NCBI GenBank assembly: GCA_045589295.1
Contig: JAZNOU010000005.1
Location: forward strand, 64,001-128,000
DNA from: Clostridia bacterium
GTDB taxonomy: Bacteria; Bacillota; Clostridia; RGIG6154
Length of the DNA: 64,000 bases
Direction: 5' to 3'
This document shows, in pieces, positions 1-10,622 of this stretch. Position numbers and translations under genes: made by a program. How positions within the stretch are numbered: position 1 is the first letter of the stretch; every line of letters starts with the position of its first letter. A model generated the notes under the pieces. That model was not told the DNA's origin and made no database searches. It saw nothing but the letters and a program-made list of their open reading frames with translations.

Positions 1-778
1 GAACACAAGGATTTATTCCCTTATTTACATCCCTGAAATATTCTGTTGCCAAAGTATCCGCATCATATTCCATATGGCCTGTTATAAACAGCATTTTTCT
101 GTCTTTTGAAGAAATCAAAAGTTCTCCTGCCTCTTTTGACTCTGCTAAGATATCTAAATTCTCATTATTTTTAATTTGCTTTGATACAGATTTTGTATAT
201 CTTGAATGGGGTGCAAAAAATTCATCATCAAAGCCTCTTAAAAGTTTAACATTTTTCTTCTTCACTTTGTGGTTATAAACACCCGAAAGTTTTTTAGGCA
301 GAAGTTCTTTTTCTATACCATAATGGTAGTATAATCCCGCCTGAGCTCCCCAGCAGATATGAAGAGTTGAAGTAACGTGCGTTTTGCTCCACTCCATAAT
401 ATTGCAAAGCTCCTGCCAGTATTCAACATCATTAAATTCCATTATTTCAACAGGTGCACCTGTTATAATAAGACCGTCGTATTTTTGGTCTTTAATATCA
501 TCAAACACTTTGTAAAACGCTGTAAGATGCTCACGCGCAGTGTTTTTCGATTCATAAGTTTTTGTCTTTAGCAAGTCAACATCAACCTGAATTGGGGAAT
601 TCCCCAAAAGTCTTAAAAGTTGAGTTTCTGTCACTATTTTTGTAGGCATTATGTTTAAAATTGCAATTTTCAGCGGACGTATATCCTGTGATGATGCTCT
701 TTTTTCTGTCATCACAAAAATTCTTTCGTCTTTCAATGTTTTTGCAGCCGGTAATTTATCCGGAATTTTAATAGGCAT
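1..778 (-). CDS. metA: Homoserine O-acyltransferase MetA (5' part, runs off window start; likely acetyltransferase)
   Basis: Not in the ORF track. Manual translation from ATG at 778 (GGAGG RBS) gives [15 protein letters not shown]...[34 protein letters not shown]...ITGAPVE...[11 protein letters not shown]. Confidence 0.95.
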   Translation of the reverse strand, partial: MPIKIPDKLPAAKTLKDERIFVMTEKRASSQDIRPLKIAILNIMPTKIVTETQLLRLLGNSPIQVDVDLLKTKTYESKNTAREHLTAFYKVFDDIKDQKYDGLIITGAPVEIMEFNDVEYWQELCNIMEWSKTHVTSTLHICWGAQAGLYYHYGIEKELLPKKLSGVYNHKVKKKNVKLLRGFDDEFFAPHSRYTKSVSKQIKNNENLDILAESKEAGELLISSKDRKMLFITGHMEYDADTLATEYFRDVNKGINPCV

Positions 779-950
779 ACCAACACCTCCGCTAATTATA
801 CTTATTCTAAAATATTATATCACAAAATATATTCTCAGTCAACAAACAAAAGTAGTATTTTGACATAAAAAACTTGATTTAATAACAATAAAAATATTGA
901 ATTTTTCTTTGTTTTGTGTTACTATAGATTTGAGAAAGGATGATTATGTT

Positions 951-2369
951 TTGAAAAAGGCATTTTTAACAATTTCAATACTGATTATTTTGGTTTTTAG
1001 TGCATTTTCAGTTTATGCACTTGAAAACACTATGACTAATACAAATGTGATTTCAAATACAAATGGATACACATTTGAGTGTGTTATAACACCCACAATT
1101 ACCGCAAGTTGCAAACCTGTTATTGCAATGTTTGATGTAAATGGTGCTTTATGCGGACTTATGTATGGAGATAACATTGCTCTCACTTCAGGTCAGCGAA
1201 CAGTAAAGACGTTTACTGCAAGTGCTTCTTCTACACCAACAGAGATCAAAGTTATGCTCTGGAAAACCGACGAAAGTTATGCTCCCCTTTCCAGATTTGA
1301 GCAAGTTTCAACCACGCTTTGCACAGAAAAATTCGGTATGATTACCGAGCTTAACTCATCAAACGGTGTGCAGATTTTTGCAACCGACGGAAGCTACAAT
1401 ACATACACCCTTGCAGACGATGTTATTTTATCACATAGCAAAGGTATTGAAGCGGGAAAAACCGCTGCAACAAACCATATTGAAGCATTAAAGTTGAGCT
1501 ATTACACAAGAAATAAAGTACCAACTACTTTATGGAAGATATTTGCAGATGAAAGAACATGCTTTAAAGACACAAGTGGAAGCACAGCTTCCGCTTACAA
1601 ATACCCTGACTTTTTAAATAACTACACAAAAAGAATGGTAAGATTTTTAGCAACAAGTGATAATCTGATAGTTTCAATGGCTTTTGAAGATGACAAACTT
1701 TTTAAAATTTTATCATCTGTAAAGACCTTAAATGAAGCTTTTTATACATCTTCAACCCGTTCTTTTAATGACTCATTGCAGATCACATCAAATGCAAGAA
1801 TTTTATACATTCCTGCAAAAGTTGGTTCAACTGAAAGTGAATACGCGGTAAAAGCGCCTACACAAATCAAAGAAGGAAACTATTACCACGCAAAAGTATA
1901 TACCGCAAACGGAAATAATATTGTCCTTATGACTTATATGTTTACTGACGCTGAAATTCAACTCTTTAACAAGAAACCGTTAGATAATATCACAATAGCG
2001 TTAAATGGTGATGGTAAAACTATCAATGGTATACAAAAATATGTGTTTAACATAGCATTGTCAGGTCAGACTGACCTGGATAACGATACAGCCTGTGACG
2101 CTGCAGATCTTGCGATGGAATATGTTGCAAACGGCCTTTCAGGTGCATTGGAAGCTGCAAACAACGGTTATGTTATAACGCCTGAATTTGTAAAGATAAA
2201 ATTTAAAGATGATATCCAGAAAGCCAAGGCACAAATCAACATTATTAAGCAACTTGATTCTAAGTTAGGACTATCTCCGGGTTACTATAGCGAATTTGAA
2301 AATGTCGTACCAAAAGCAATTGGAAATTCTGCTATGACATTCCTCAAAGACTATTTCTTAGGTGGTTAA
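951..2369 (+). CDS. Secreted/surface hypothetical protein
   Basis: Long ORF. TTG at 951 follows a GAAAGGA RBS and begins a signal peptide (KK, hydrophobic core, AFSVYA). No family recognised. Confidence 0.75.
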   Translation: MKKAFLTISILIILVFSAFSVYALENTMTNTNVISNTNGYTFECVITPTITASCKPVIAMFDVNGALCGLMYGDNIALTSGQRTVKTFTASASSTPTEIKVMLWKTDESYAPLSRFEQVSTTLCTEKFGMITELNSSNGVQIFATDGSYNTYTLADDVILSHSKGIEAGKTAATNHIEALKLSYYTRNKVPTTLWKIFADERTCFKDTSGSTASAYKYPDFLNNYTKRMVRFLATSDNLIVSMAFEDDKLFKILSSVKTLNEAFYTSSTRSFNDSLQITSNARILYIPAKVGSTESEYAVKAPTQIKEGNYYHAKVYTANGNNIVLMTYMFTDAEIQLFNKKPLDNITIALNGDGKTINGIQKYVFNIALSGQTDLDNDTACDAADLAMEYVANGLSGALEAANNGYVITPEFVKIKFKDDIQKAKAQINIIKQLDSKLGLSPGYYSEFENVVPKAIGNSAMTFLKDYFLGG

Positions 2370-2375
2370 AGCAAC

Positions 2376-2397
2376 CAGCCTCCTTTATAGGAGGCTG
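2376..2397 (+). terminator. Stem-loop after the secreted-protein gene
   Basis: CAGCCTCCT-ttat-AGGAGGCTG with only a weak U tail. Confidence 0.55.
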
Positions 2398-2399
2398 TA

Positions 2400-2426
2400 A
2401 CTTTATATATTATTTTGCATAATATG
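2400..2426 (+). promoter_or_regulatory. Putative sigmaK promoter
   Basis: AC(2400-2401)-N16-CATAATATG(2418-2426). Confidence 0.55.
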
Positions 2427-2470
2427 TATTGCAGACTTCTGTAAACTTAAAAAGTAAGGAGACAATATAT

Positions 2471-2752
2471 ATGTCATGCAGAAATAGAACAAACAACTGT
2501 GGTTGCACACCTGTAAGCCCTTGCGACAGTGCAAAACAATACTGTTGTCTTTGCTATTCACATCAGTGGTACAATGCACCTCGTTATTCAGAGTGCAGCA
2601 GAAGAGTTAAAGTAAATGATATATCTGATGGTTGTGGATGTGGATGCGCAACTCAAACTGTTGCTCAGGACAATTTTAGTTTTAACACCTGTGGTTGTGA
2701 CGCAGACACCGACAGCTCATTCAACGAGTTAGACGAAATTTACTGGCAATAA
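2471..2752 (+). CDS. Small Cys-rich protein, candidate spore coat/exosporium protein
   Basis: ATG at 2471 after AAGGAG. CGC/CC/GCGCGC motifs, acidic tail, sigmaK-like promoter upstream. Confidence 0.65.
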   Translation: MSCRNRTNNCGCTPVSPCDSAKQYCCLCYSHQWYNAPRYSECSRRVKVNDISDGCGCGCATQTVAQDNFSFNTCGCDADTDSSFNELDEIYWQ

Positions 2753-2783
2753 AAAAAGCCGTTGCTTTTTGCAACGGCTTTCT
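2751..2783. terminator. Bidirectional intrinsic terminator
   Basis: AAAAAAAGCCGTTGC-ttttt-GCAACGGCTTTCT between convergent genes. Confidence 0.85.
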
Positions 2784-2785
2784 AA

Positions 2786-3223
2786 TTAATCACAAAGTTT
2801 TGCTACAACTTGATTGATGAGCTTTCCATCTGCTTTTCCTTTGAGCTCCGGCATTACATTTTTCATAACCATGCCTTTGTTTTTTGCAGCAACTAAATCT
2901 GCAAATTTTTCTGTAATAAAAGCAGTAATTTCTTCTTCACTCATCATCTGAGGTGCATATTTTTCAATAATTGAAAGAGTTGTAGTATATTGATCTATAA
3001 GGTCAGTTCTCTCGGCTGGGCAAGTATCAATTTGCTCTTTAACAGATTTCACTTCTTTTAAAATTACTCTATCCACCAATTCTTCAGGAACATTATCTCT
3101 TGTTCCCTCATCAATTGCCACCTTTTTAATTGCTGCAATAAGTGATGAAACCGCATCTTTTGTAGTTTTATCTTTTGCTTTCATTGCTGCAATCATATCT
3201 TTTTGTAATGTTTCTAACTGCAT
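2786..3223 (-). CDS. GatB/YqeY domain protein
   Basis: LQKDMIAAMKAKD...YAPQMMSEEEI...KGMVMKNVMPELKGKADGK pattern. Confidence 0.9.
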   Translation of the reverse strand: MQLETLQKDMIAAMKAKDKTTKDAVSSLIAAIKKVAIDEGTRDNVPEELVDRVILKEVKSVKEQIDTCPAERTDLIDQYTTTLSIIEKYAPQMMSEEEITAFITEKFADLVAAKNKGMVMKNVMPELKGKADGKLINQVVAKLCD

Positions 3224-3225
3224 AA

Positions 3226-3627
3226 TTATTCTCCTTTATTTTTGAGTTCAGCTAAAATCTGTTCCAAAAGAACAGCTTCGTCTGATTTTTTAGGTTCTTC
3301 AATAACAACAGGCTCTGCAGGCTTTTCATATTTCTTTTTAAGAATGCTAATAAATTTCACAAACACAAACACACAAAGTGCCATTATAAAGAAATCAACT
3401 ACATTCTGAATAAATTTACCGTATGCAATTGTTGCATCGCCATACACCCATGCCAAACCTTCAAACTGCTTTCCGCCTATTACAATACCGATCAAAGGTG
3501 TGAACACATCAGCAACCAATGATGAAACAATTTTACTGAAAGCAGAACCAATGATAACACCGACTGCCATGTCGATTACGTTGCCTTTTAACGCAAACTC
3601 TTTAAATTCTTTGATAAACTTTTTCAT
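3226..3627 (-). CDS. mscL: Large-conductance mechanosensitive channel
   Basis: EFKEFALKGNVIDMAVGVIIGSAF and LLEQILAEL motifs. Confidence 0.96.
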   Translation of the reverse strand: MKKFIKEFKEFALKGNVIDMAVGVIIGSAFSKIVSSLVADVFTPLIGIVIGGKQFEGLAWVYGDATIAYGKFIQNVVDFFIMALCVFVFVKFISILKKKYEKPAEPVVIEEPKKSDEAVLLEQILAELKNKGE

Positions 3628-3641
3628 TTATTTTACCTCCA

Positions 3642-4991
3642 TTATTTAATAATAGTCATCTTTTTCCATTTTCCGCTTACATAGTAAATAAACGCTAAGG
3701 TGAGCGCTATAAATGATGCGATTGGCGCTCCAAGCCCAAAACCGAAAAGTCCTAAATCAAGCACCATTCCCAATATGTATGAAGCAGGAATTCTTCCAAG
3801 TAATGATGAAATACAGCTGTTTATAAGTGAAAACGTCGTGTGTCCAGAACCAATAAACAAGCCGTTGAAACAAAAAACCATAGGAACTATAAGATAATCA
3901 AAACTAAATGCATGAATATACTCTGTTCCTTTTTGTATCATTTCGGTATCATTTCCGAAAATCTTAAGCAATGGCTGAGGAAATATATTGAATATTGCAA
4001 AAACTACCACACTAATTGTCATACCTATTGCCATACCTGTAAGCATAGTTTTCTTTGCTCTGTCAATCTTACCTGCGCCAATATTTTGTGCTGCCATTGC
4101 AGACACACTTGAGCTCATTGCAACAGCAGGAAGTATTGCAAAGCCATTAAGCTTACCCACAGCGCCAACTGCTGCCGAGGCAACAACGCCAGCCGAATTT
4201 ACAAGTGAGGTTAAAAACAGAAACGATACACTTGTTGTAACATTCTGTACCGATGTAGGTACACCGATTTTCAAAAGCATTCCAAGTCTTTCTTTGTGAA
4301 AGGCAAACGAACTTAATTTAAAATCAAAAATGAAATTGTTTTTTACAAGGTAAATTATACAAAGTATCATACTTACTGCCTGTGAAATAACCGTGGCAAG
4401 TGCTGCACCGCCTGCCCCCATTTTAAATCCACAAACAAGTAAAATATCAAGAACTATGTTTATTCCACACGCAATTGATACAAATATAAGTGGATTTTTA
4501 CTGTCACCCATTCCACGCATTATTGCAGAAAGCGCATTGTATCCAAAAATAAATATCGTACCCAACATTGTTATGAAAAAATAAGATTTTGCTTCACTAA
4601 AAGACTCTTCAGGAGTTTTAATAAGCCTTAACAACGGTTCTTGTACTGCAATCATAACAACCGTTATTACAACCGCCAAAACAATAAGCGTTGATAAAAG
4701 CGTTCCTATCGTCTCTTTTAGTGCTTTCCTGTCTCCTGCACCTAAATACTGCCCGATTAAAACAGTAGCTCCCACCGAAAGCCCCAACACCATATTTGTA
4801 ATAAGCAGTGTAATCTGCGAACCTATGTTTACACCCGACATACTAGCCGTTCCCGCAAACTGCCCAACAACAATCATATCAACAACGCTGTAAAGCGTTT
4901 GTATAAGATTAGATAAAAGGAACGGGAGTGAAAACATTATAAGCTGCTTTACTACATTTCCCCTTGATAAATCATTTTCAAATTTTGCCAT
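3642..4991 (-). CDS. MATE family efflux transporter
   Basis: About 12 TM segments. FSLPFLLSNLIQTLYSVVD and RGMGDSKNP motifs. Start placed at ATG 4991. Confidence 0.92.
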   Translation of the reverse strand: MAKFENDLSRGNVVKQLIMFSLPFLLSNLIQTLYSVVDMIVVGQFAGTASMSGVNIGSQITLLITNMVLGLSVGATVLIGQYLGAGDRKALKETIGTLLSTLIVLAVVITVVMIAVQEPLLRLIKTPEESFSEAKSYFFITMLGTIFIFGYNALSAIMRGMGDSKNPLIFVSIACGINIVLDILLVCGFKMGAGGAALATVISQAVSMILCIIYLVKNNFIFDFKLSSFAFHKERLGMLLKIGVPTSVQNVTTSVSFLFLTSLVNSAGVVASAAVGAVGKLNGFAILPAVAMSSSVSAMAAQNIGAGKIDRAKKTMLTGMAIGMTISVVVFAIFNIFPQPLLKIFGNDTEMIQKGTEYIHAFSFDYLIVPMVFCFNGLFIGSGHTTFSLINSCISSLLGRIPASYILGMVLDLGLFGFGLGAPIASFIALTLAFIYYVSGKWKKMTIIK

Positions 4992-5097
4992 ATTAAGTCC
5001 CCATTCTGTGCACAAATAAATATCTATTTTATAGTATACCATAATAATTTCATTTTTCAAGTGAATTTGTCAGAATTTGCAATTCTTTTAAAAAATA

Positions 5098-5126
5098 TTG
5101 AAATATTTTTAGTTTTAGTGTATAAT
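5098..5126 (+). promoter_or_regulatory. sigmaA promoter
   Basis: TTGAAA-N17-TATAAT. Confidence 0.65.
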
Positions 5127-5164
5127 AAAATTTAACGTAATTCAAAACTGAAAGGTGATTTATC

Positions 5165-5998
5165 TTGGGATTATTTTTTAACTTTGACAGACCAGGTCCA
5201 GGCGTTAACAAAAACTCCGAAAGACCAAGAGGTTTAAAGTTGTTTTTTGAACTTTTCTTCAGAAAACTTGGCGCTTATGTTGCACTTAATCTTTTTTACC
5301 TTACAAGCCTTATTCCTGCAATCGCTGTTTTATGGTACATTTTTATGGTTATAATAAACGACCTTGCGCAGCTTGGGAATGATATGTTGATTGCGGCATC
5401 ATTCTTAGCACTTATACTCTCTGCGTTCGTTTGTATGATCTTTGGATTAAGTCCTTTTGCATCAGGATTTTACTATGTTTTGAGGAACTTCTCTTTTGAA
5501 AAACACGCGTTTATTTTTTCAGACTTTATTGAAAAATTCCGTCAAAACGCAAAAAACTCATGGATTATGTTTTTGGTTGATTTGGCAGCAGTTGCAATTT
5601 CGATTCTCCTGCTTAGAATTTATTTTATATTGTCATTAAGTAATCCGATACTTACAGCTCCTATGGTATTGCTTATCATAGCACTTGTAGTCTTTGCTTT
5701 AATGACTCCATACAAATGGACAATGCTTGTTACTTTTGACCTTAATAAAAAACAAATATACAAAAACTCACTATTTTTTGTACTTGGTGATTTTAAAACA
5801 ACAGTTAAGCACTTTTTGGCTTCTGCTTTGGTTGTTTTGATTTCCTTTATATTGGTATATTTGTTCCCCGCTTTCGGAATAATCATATTTGTACTGTTTG
5901 TACTTTCTGTATACGGCCTTGTATGCCAGCTCAACATATACAATCAGATGCAGGATTTCATCTCTCAAAGTCCTGGTGGCCACGATAATATAAAATAA
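5165..5998 (+). CDS. DUF624/YesL-like integral membrane protein
   Basis: N-terminal FDRPGPGV motif and about 6 TM helices. Confidence 0.7.
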   Translation: MGLFFNFDRPGPGVNKNSERPRGLKLFFELFFRKLGAYVALNLFYLTSLIPAIAVLWYIFMVIINDLAQLGNDMLIAASFLALILSAFVCMIFGLSPFASGFYYVLRNFSFEKHAFIFSDFIEKFRQNAKNSWIMFLVDLAAVAISILLLRIYFILSLSNPILTAPMVLLIIALVVFALMTPYKWTMLVTFDLNKKQIYKNSLFFVLGDFKTTVKHFLASALVVLISFILVYLFPAFGIIIFVLFVLSVYGLVCQLNIYNQMQDFISQSPGGHDNIK

Positions 5999-6021
5999 CA
6001 TAACTTTATTATTTATCTTAC

Positions 6022-6050
6022 TTGAATTTATACATTTTTTGGTATATAAT
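6022..6050 (+). promoter_or_regulatory. sigmaA promoter of degV-pgk-tpiA-gpmI
   Basis: TTGAAT-N17-TATAAT. Confidence 0.6.
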
Positions 6051-6077
6051 GTAATATTGGTGAAAAGAGGTGCTTTA

Positions 6078-6935
6078 ATGAGCAAAATCAAAATTTTGGT
6101 TGACAGCGGTTCTGACGTTTCTTTGGAACAAATCGAAAAATATGGTATGGGCTTTATACCTATTTGCCTGACTTTTGATGGTCAAAATGTTTTAACAGAC
6201 AAGTATGACATTACAACAGATGAGTTCTACTCTCGTTTAAGACAAACAGGAGACGTACCTAAAACTACTCAGATTACTCCTGGCAAATTTGCTGAAAGCT
6301 TTGAAGAACACGCAAAAGATTGCGATGAAATTATTGCGTTTTTGTTAGGTTCTAACACTAGCGGAACCTTCCAGAATGCTTTTAATGTTAAAGAAGAAGT
6401 GGAGCAAAAATGTGGTGTTAAAATACACCTTGTTGACACTCAATCTTTATCTTTGGGCTACGGCTACCCTGCTATTCGTGCCGCACAAATGGCACAAGAA
6501 GGTTTATCTGCCGAAGAAATCATTGAAAAATGCACAAAAATGATAAAATCTGCCTACACGCTTTTCGCAGTTGAAACACTAGATTTCCTAAAGAAAGGTG
6601 GAAGAATTAAAACTGCTACTGCAGTTATTGGCGGAATGCTTGATATAAGACCTATTTTAACTGTTACAGACGGACTTGTTCACTCAATAGATAAAGTTAA
6701 AGGCGAAAAGAAAGTCTTCCCTAAGTTTATGGACCTTTTAGCATCAGCTGTTGAAAATATGAAAAATCCAAAGATTATGATTTTAAACAGTGATGTTGCT
6801 GAAAAGGCTGAAAAGCTCAAACAACTGGTTAAAGAAAAGCTTGATCTTGAAGTAGAGCTTATAAATCAGGTAGGCGTTATTATTGGTGCTCACGCAGGAC
6901 CGGGTGTTTTAGGGATTATAGCAATAGACGATTAA
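6078..6935 (+). CDS. DegV/FakB family fatty acid-binding protein
   Basis: VDSGSD, PKTTQ, SGTFQNA, LKKGGRI and GAHAGPG motifs. Confidence 0.93.
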   Translation: MSKIKILVDSGSDVSLEQIEKYGMGFIPICLTFDGQNVLTDKYDITTDEFYSRLRQTGDVPKTTQITPGKFAESFEEHAKDCDEIIAFLLGSNTSGTFQNAFNVKEEVEQKCGVKIHLVDTQSLSLGYGYPAIRAAQMAQEGLSAEEIIEKCTKMIKSAYTLFAVETLDFLKKGGRIKTATAVIGGMLDIRPILTVTDGLVHSIDKVKGEKKVFPKFMDLLASAVENMKNPKIMILNSDVAEKAEKLKQLVKEKLDLEVELINQVGVIIGAHAGPGVLGIIAIDD

Positions 6936-6976
6936 AATTTATTTGCCCGTTTTGGGCGGAAATGGAGATAAAAGTT

Positions 6977-8173
6977 ATGAATAAGAAGACAATCAGAGAC
7001 ATCGACGCAAAAGGCAAAAGAGTTTTGGTTCGTTGCGATTTCAACGTTCCACTAGATGAAAATCAGAACATTACTGATGAAACAAGAATTAACGGTGCCC
7101 TTCCTACAATTCAGTATCTTGTAGATGCAGGTGCTAAGGTTATTTTATGCTCTCACTTAGGTAAACCAAAGGGCGAAGCTGTTCCAAAGCTTTCACTTGC
7201 TCCTGTAGCAAAAAAGCTTTCAGAAAAACTTGGCAAAGAAGTAGTTTTCGCAGCAGATGCTGAAGTTGTTGGCGAAAATGCAAAAAAAGCTGTTGCAGCT
7301 ATGAACGATGGTGATGTTGTTTTACTTGAAAACACACGTTATCGTGCTGAAGAAACAAAGAACGTTGAAACATTTAGCAAAGATTTAGCTTCACTTGCTG
7401 ACATTTTTGTTAACGATGCTTTCGGCACAGCCCACAGAGCACACTGCTCAACTGTTGGTGTTACTGAATTTATCGACGGTGAAGCTGTTTGCGGTTTCTT
7501 AATCGAAAAAGAAATTGAATTTTTAGGAAACGCTGTTAACAATCCTGTAAGACCTTTGGTTGCTATCTTGGGCGGTTCTAAAGTTTCAAGCAAAATTTCT
7601 GTTATCAACAATCTTTTGGAAAAAGTTGATACTTTAATAATCGGTGGCGGTATGGCTTACACATTCATGAAAGCTAACGGCGAAGAAGTTGGCGATTCAC
7701 TCTTAGAAGAAGATTATCTCGATTATGCTAACGAAATGGTTGCTAAAGCTAAAGAAAAAGGTGTTAATCTTTTACTCCCTGTTGATACAGTAGTTGCTAA
7801 AGAATTCTCTAACGACGCCCAGCACAAAACTGTTAAAAGAGGTGGAATTGAAGCTGGCTGGCAGGGTCTTGACATCGGCGAAAAAACAGTTGAACTTTAT
7901 AAAGATGCTGTTAAAAACGCAAAAACAGTTGTTTGGAACGGTCCTATGGGTGTATTCGAAATGTCAAGCTTTGCAAAAGGAACAAACGCAATTGCAGAAG
8001 TTTTAGCTGAAATCGATGCTACAACAGTTATCGGCGGCGGTGACAGTGTTGCTGCAGTTAACCAGGCAGGTCTTGGTGACAAAATGAGCCACATCTCAAC
8101 AGGTGGCGGTGCTTCACTTGAATTCTTAGAAGGAAAAGACCTTCCAGGAATTGTTGCTTTAAACGATAAATAA
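6977..8173 (+). CDS. pgk: Phosphoglycerate kinase
   Basis: [18 protein letters not shown] and [11 protein letters not shown] motifs. Confidence 0.98.
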   Translation: MNKKTIRDIDAKGKRVLVRCDFNVPLDENQNITDETRINGALPTIQYLVDAGAKVILCSHLGKPKGEAVPKLSLAPVAKKLSEKLGKEVVFAADAEVVGENAKKAVAAMNDGDVVLLENTRYRAEETKNVETFSKDLASLADIFVNDAFGTAHRAHCSTVGVTEFIDGEAVCGFLIEKEIEFLGNAVNNPVRPLVAILGGSKVSSKISVINNLLEKVDTLIIGGGMAYTFMKANGEEVGDSLLEEDYLDYANEMVAKAKEKGVNLLLPVDTVVAKEFSNDAQHKTVKRGGIEAGWQGLDIGEKTVELYKDAVKNAKTVVWNGPMGVFEMSSFAKGTNAIAEVLAEIDATTVIGGGDSVAAVNQAGLGDKMSHISTGGGASLEFLEGKDLPGIVALNDK

Positions 8174-8183
8174 TTTTAAAATA

Positions 8184-8223
8184 TGCAAAATCAGTTAAAA
8201 CCCATGTTTTAGCTGATTTTGTA
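8184..8223 (+). other. Intergenic stem-loop between pgk and tpiA
   Basis: TGCAAAATCAGTTAAAAC...GTTTTAGCTGATTTTGTA inverted repeat without a U tail; possibly an mRNA stability or processing element. Confidence 0.6.
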
Positions 8224-8248
8224 GAATTGTTACATAAGGAGATTTATT

Positions 8249-8995
8249 ATGAGAAAGTATGTTATTGCAGGAAACTGGAAAATGAACAAAACTCCTTCAG
8301 AAGCAAAAGCTTTAATTCAGGAGTTAAAACCTTTGGTTGAAGATGCTAAATGTGATGTTGTTGTTATTCCTCCATTTACTTCACTTTGTGCAGTATTGGA
8401 AGAAACTAAGGGTACAAACATCAAAGTTGGTGCTCAGAATATGTATTTTGAAGAAAGTGGTGCTTTTACTGGCGAAATTGCTCCTTCAATGCTTAAAGAA
8501 CTCGGCGTTGAATATGTTGTAATCGGTCACTCAGAAAGAAGAGAATACTTTGCTGAAACTGATTTTACAGTTAACAAAAAGGTGAAAAAGGCATTGGAAC
8601 ACGGCATTACACCAATTCTTTGCTGCGGTGAAAGCTTAGAGCAGAGAGAACTCGGCATTACATTTGAACATATTGCAATGCAGATAAAAATCGGCTTAAC
8701 TGGAATTGAAGCAGAAGATGCTAAAAAAATCATCATTGCTTACGAACCTATCTGGGCTATCGGAACAGGTAAAACTGCTACTGACGAACAGGCAAACGAA
8801 GTTTGTAAAGCAATCAGAGATACATTAGCTAGCCTCTATGGTCAGGCTGTAGCTGATGAAATCACAATTCAGTACGGCGGAAGTGTAAATGCTAAAAATG
8901 CATCAGGTCTTATGGCTATGTCTGATATCGATGGTGGCTTGGTTGGCGGTGCAAGCTTAAAAGCTCCCGACTTTGCTACAATCGTGCACTTTTAA
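8249..8995 (+). CDS. tpiA: Triosephosphate isomerase
   Basis: [24 protein letters not shown] and YGGSV motifs. Confidence 0.98.
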   Translation: MRKYVIAGNWKMNKTPSEAKALIQELKPLVEDAKCDVVVIPPFTSLCAVLEETKGTNIKVGAQNMYFEESGAFTGEIAPSMLKELGVEYVVIGHSERREYFAETDFTVNKKVKKALEHGITPILCCGESLEQRELGITFEHIAMQIKIGLTGIEAEDAKKIIIAYEPIWAIGTGKTATDEQANEVCKAIRDTLASLYGQAVADEITIQYGGSVNAKNASGLMAMSDIDGGLVGGASLKAPDFATIVHF

Positions 8996-9059
8996 TTAAA
9001 ACTTGATTTTATTGGGCGATTTTTTGGTCGCCCTACACTTTTGTATTAAGGAGAATTTT

Positions 9060-10580
9060 ATGAAACCATTAATGCTTATGATTTTAGACGGTTACGGCGT
9101 AAATCCGTGCACCGACAAAGGCGTAAATGCTATTTTTGAAGCAAATACACCTAATATGGACAAATTATTAAACACCTGCCCTAACACAACTCTTTCAGCA
9201 AGCGGAATGGATGTTGGTCTCCCTGAAGGTCAAATGGGCAACTCTGAAGTTGGTCATACAAACATCGGCGCAGGCAGAATTGTGTATCAGGAACTTACAA
9301 GAATTACAAAATCAATTTCAGATGGCGACTTTTTTGAAAACGAAGCACTCAAAAGCGCTATTAAAAACTGCCTTGATAACAACTCTTCACTTCATTTGAT
9401 GGGACTTTTATCAGACGGCGGTGTTCATTCACACAACAAGCACCTTTATGCTTTGGTTGAAATGGCTAAAAAAATGGGACTTGAAAAAGTTTACGTTCAT
9501 TGCTTTTTGGACGGACGTGACGTTCCCCCATCATCAGGTGCTGATTTTGTTAAAGAACTTGAAGAAGAACTCAAAAAGATTGGTACAGGTAAAATCGCAA
9601 CTGTTATGGGCAGATTTTATGCTATGGACAGAGATAATCGTTGGGAACGCGTAGGAAAAGCATACGATGCTATGGCAAAAGGTATCGGTAATATGGATAC
9701 TGATGCTTATGAAGCTGTTAAAAAGTCTTACGAACAGGATATTACAGATGAATTTGTTGTTCCTACTGTTATTACAACTGCAGGCGAAGCTACAGCAACA
9801 ATCAAATCAGAAGACAGTGTTGTTATGTTCAATTTCCGTCCTGACAGAGCAAGAGAAATCACAAGAACATTCGTAGACCATGAGTTTACAGGCTTTGAAA
9901 GAGAATTTATCAAACCACTTTACGTTTGTATGACTCAGTATGATGCTACAATGCCAAACGTTATGGTTGCATTTAAGCCTCAGACACTTGAAAATACTTT
10001 AGGCGAAGTTTTAAGCAAAAAAGGCTTAAAACAGTTAAGGATTGCAGAAACTGAAAAATATGCGCACGTTACATTCTTCTTTAACGGCGGTGTTGAAGCA
10101 GTGTCAGACGGCGAAGACAGAGCGCTGATTGCATCACCAAAAGTTGCAACCTATGACTTAAAGCCTGAAATGAGTGCTTATGAGGTTTGCGATGAAGCAA
10201 TTAAAAGAATTGACTCTGAAAAGTATGATGTTATAATCTTAAACTTTGCTAACTGCGATATGGTTGGTCATACAGGAATATTTGATGCCGCAGTAAGTGC
10301 GGTTGAGGCAGTTGACACCTGCGTTGGAAAAGTAGTTGACAAAATGCTTGAAAAAGGCGGCAGAGTGTTAATCACTGCCGACCACGGAAACGCAGACAAA
10401 ATGCTTGACACAGACGGAAGCGCATTTACCGCGCACACAACAAACCTTGTTCCGCTTATTTTGGTTGGCGATGATAAAGAGCTTAAAGAAGGTCGCCTCT
10501 GTGACCTCGCTCCTACAATGCTTGAACTTATGGGCATTGAAAAACCTGCCGAAATGGCAGGCGAAAGCTTAATAAAATAA
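9060..10580 (+). CDS. gpmI: 2,3-bisphosphoglycerate-independent phosphoglycerate mutase
   Basis: ILDGYG, GNSEVGH, DMVGHTG and TADHGN motifs. ATG at 9060 after AAGGAG. Confidence 0.98.
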   Translation: MKPLMLMILDGYGVNPCTDKGVNAIFEANTPNMDKLLNTCPNTTLSASGMDVGLPEGQMGNSEVGHTNIGAGRIVYQELTRITKSISDGDFFENEALKSAIKNCLDNNSSLHLMGLLSDGGVHSHNKHLYALVEMAKKMGLEKVYVHCFLDGRDVPPSSGADFVKELEEELKKIGTGKIATVMGRFYAMDRDNRWERVGKAYDAMAKGIGNMDTDAYEAVKKSYEQDITDEFVVPTVITTAGEATATIKSEDSVVMFNFRPDRAREITRTFVDHEFTGFEREFIKPLYVCMTQYDATMPNVMVAFKPQTLENTLGEVLSKKGLKQLRIAETEKYAHVTFFFNGGVEAVSDGEDRALIASPKVATYDLKPEMSAYEVCDEAIKRIDSEKYDVIILNFANCDMVGHTGIFDAAVSAVEAVDTCVGKVVDKMLEKGGRVLITADHGNADKMLDTDGSAFTAHTTNLVPLILVGDDKELKEGRLCDLAPTMLELMGIEKPAEMAGESLIK

Positions 10581-10592
10581 TTTAAACAAACT

Positions 10593-10622
10593 AAAACCAG
10601 CCCTTTTAAAAGGGCTGGTTTT
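10593..10622. terminator. Bidirectional terminator
   Basis: AAAACCAGCCCTTTT/AAAAGGGCTGGTTTT palindrome overlapping the stop codon of the convergent gene. Confidence 0.8.

Noticed and set aside
377-863. Plus-strand ORFs 377-571 and 651-863, and the many other short antisense or off-frame ORFs in the track
   Set aside because: They are shadows of well-supported genes (here metA on the minus strand) and show no RBS or motif support
779-900. SAM riboswitch or T-box upstream of metA
   Set aside because: The intergenic region is short and AT-rich with no S-box or T-box motifs
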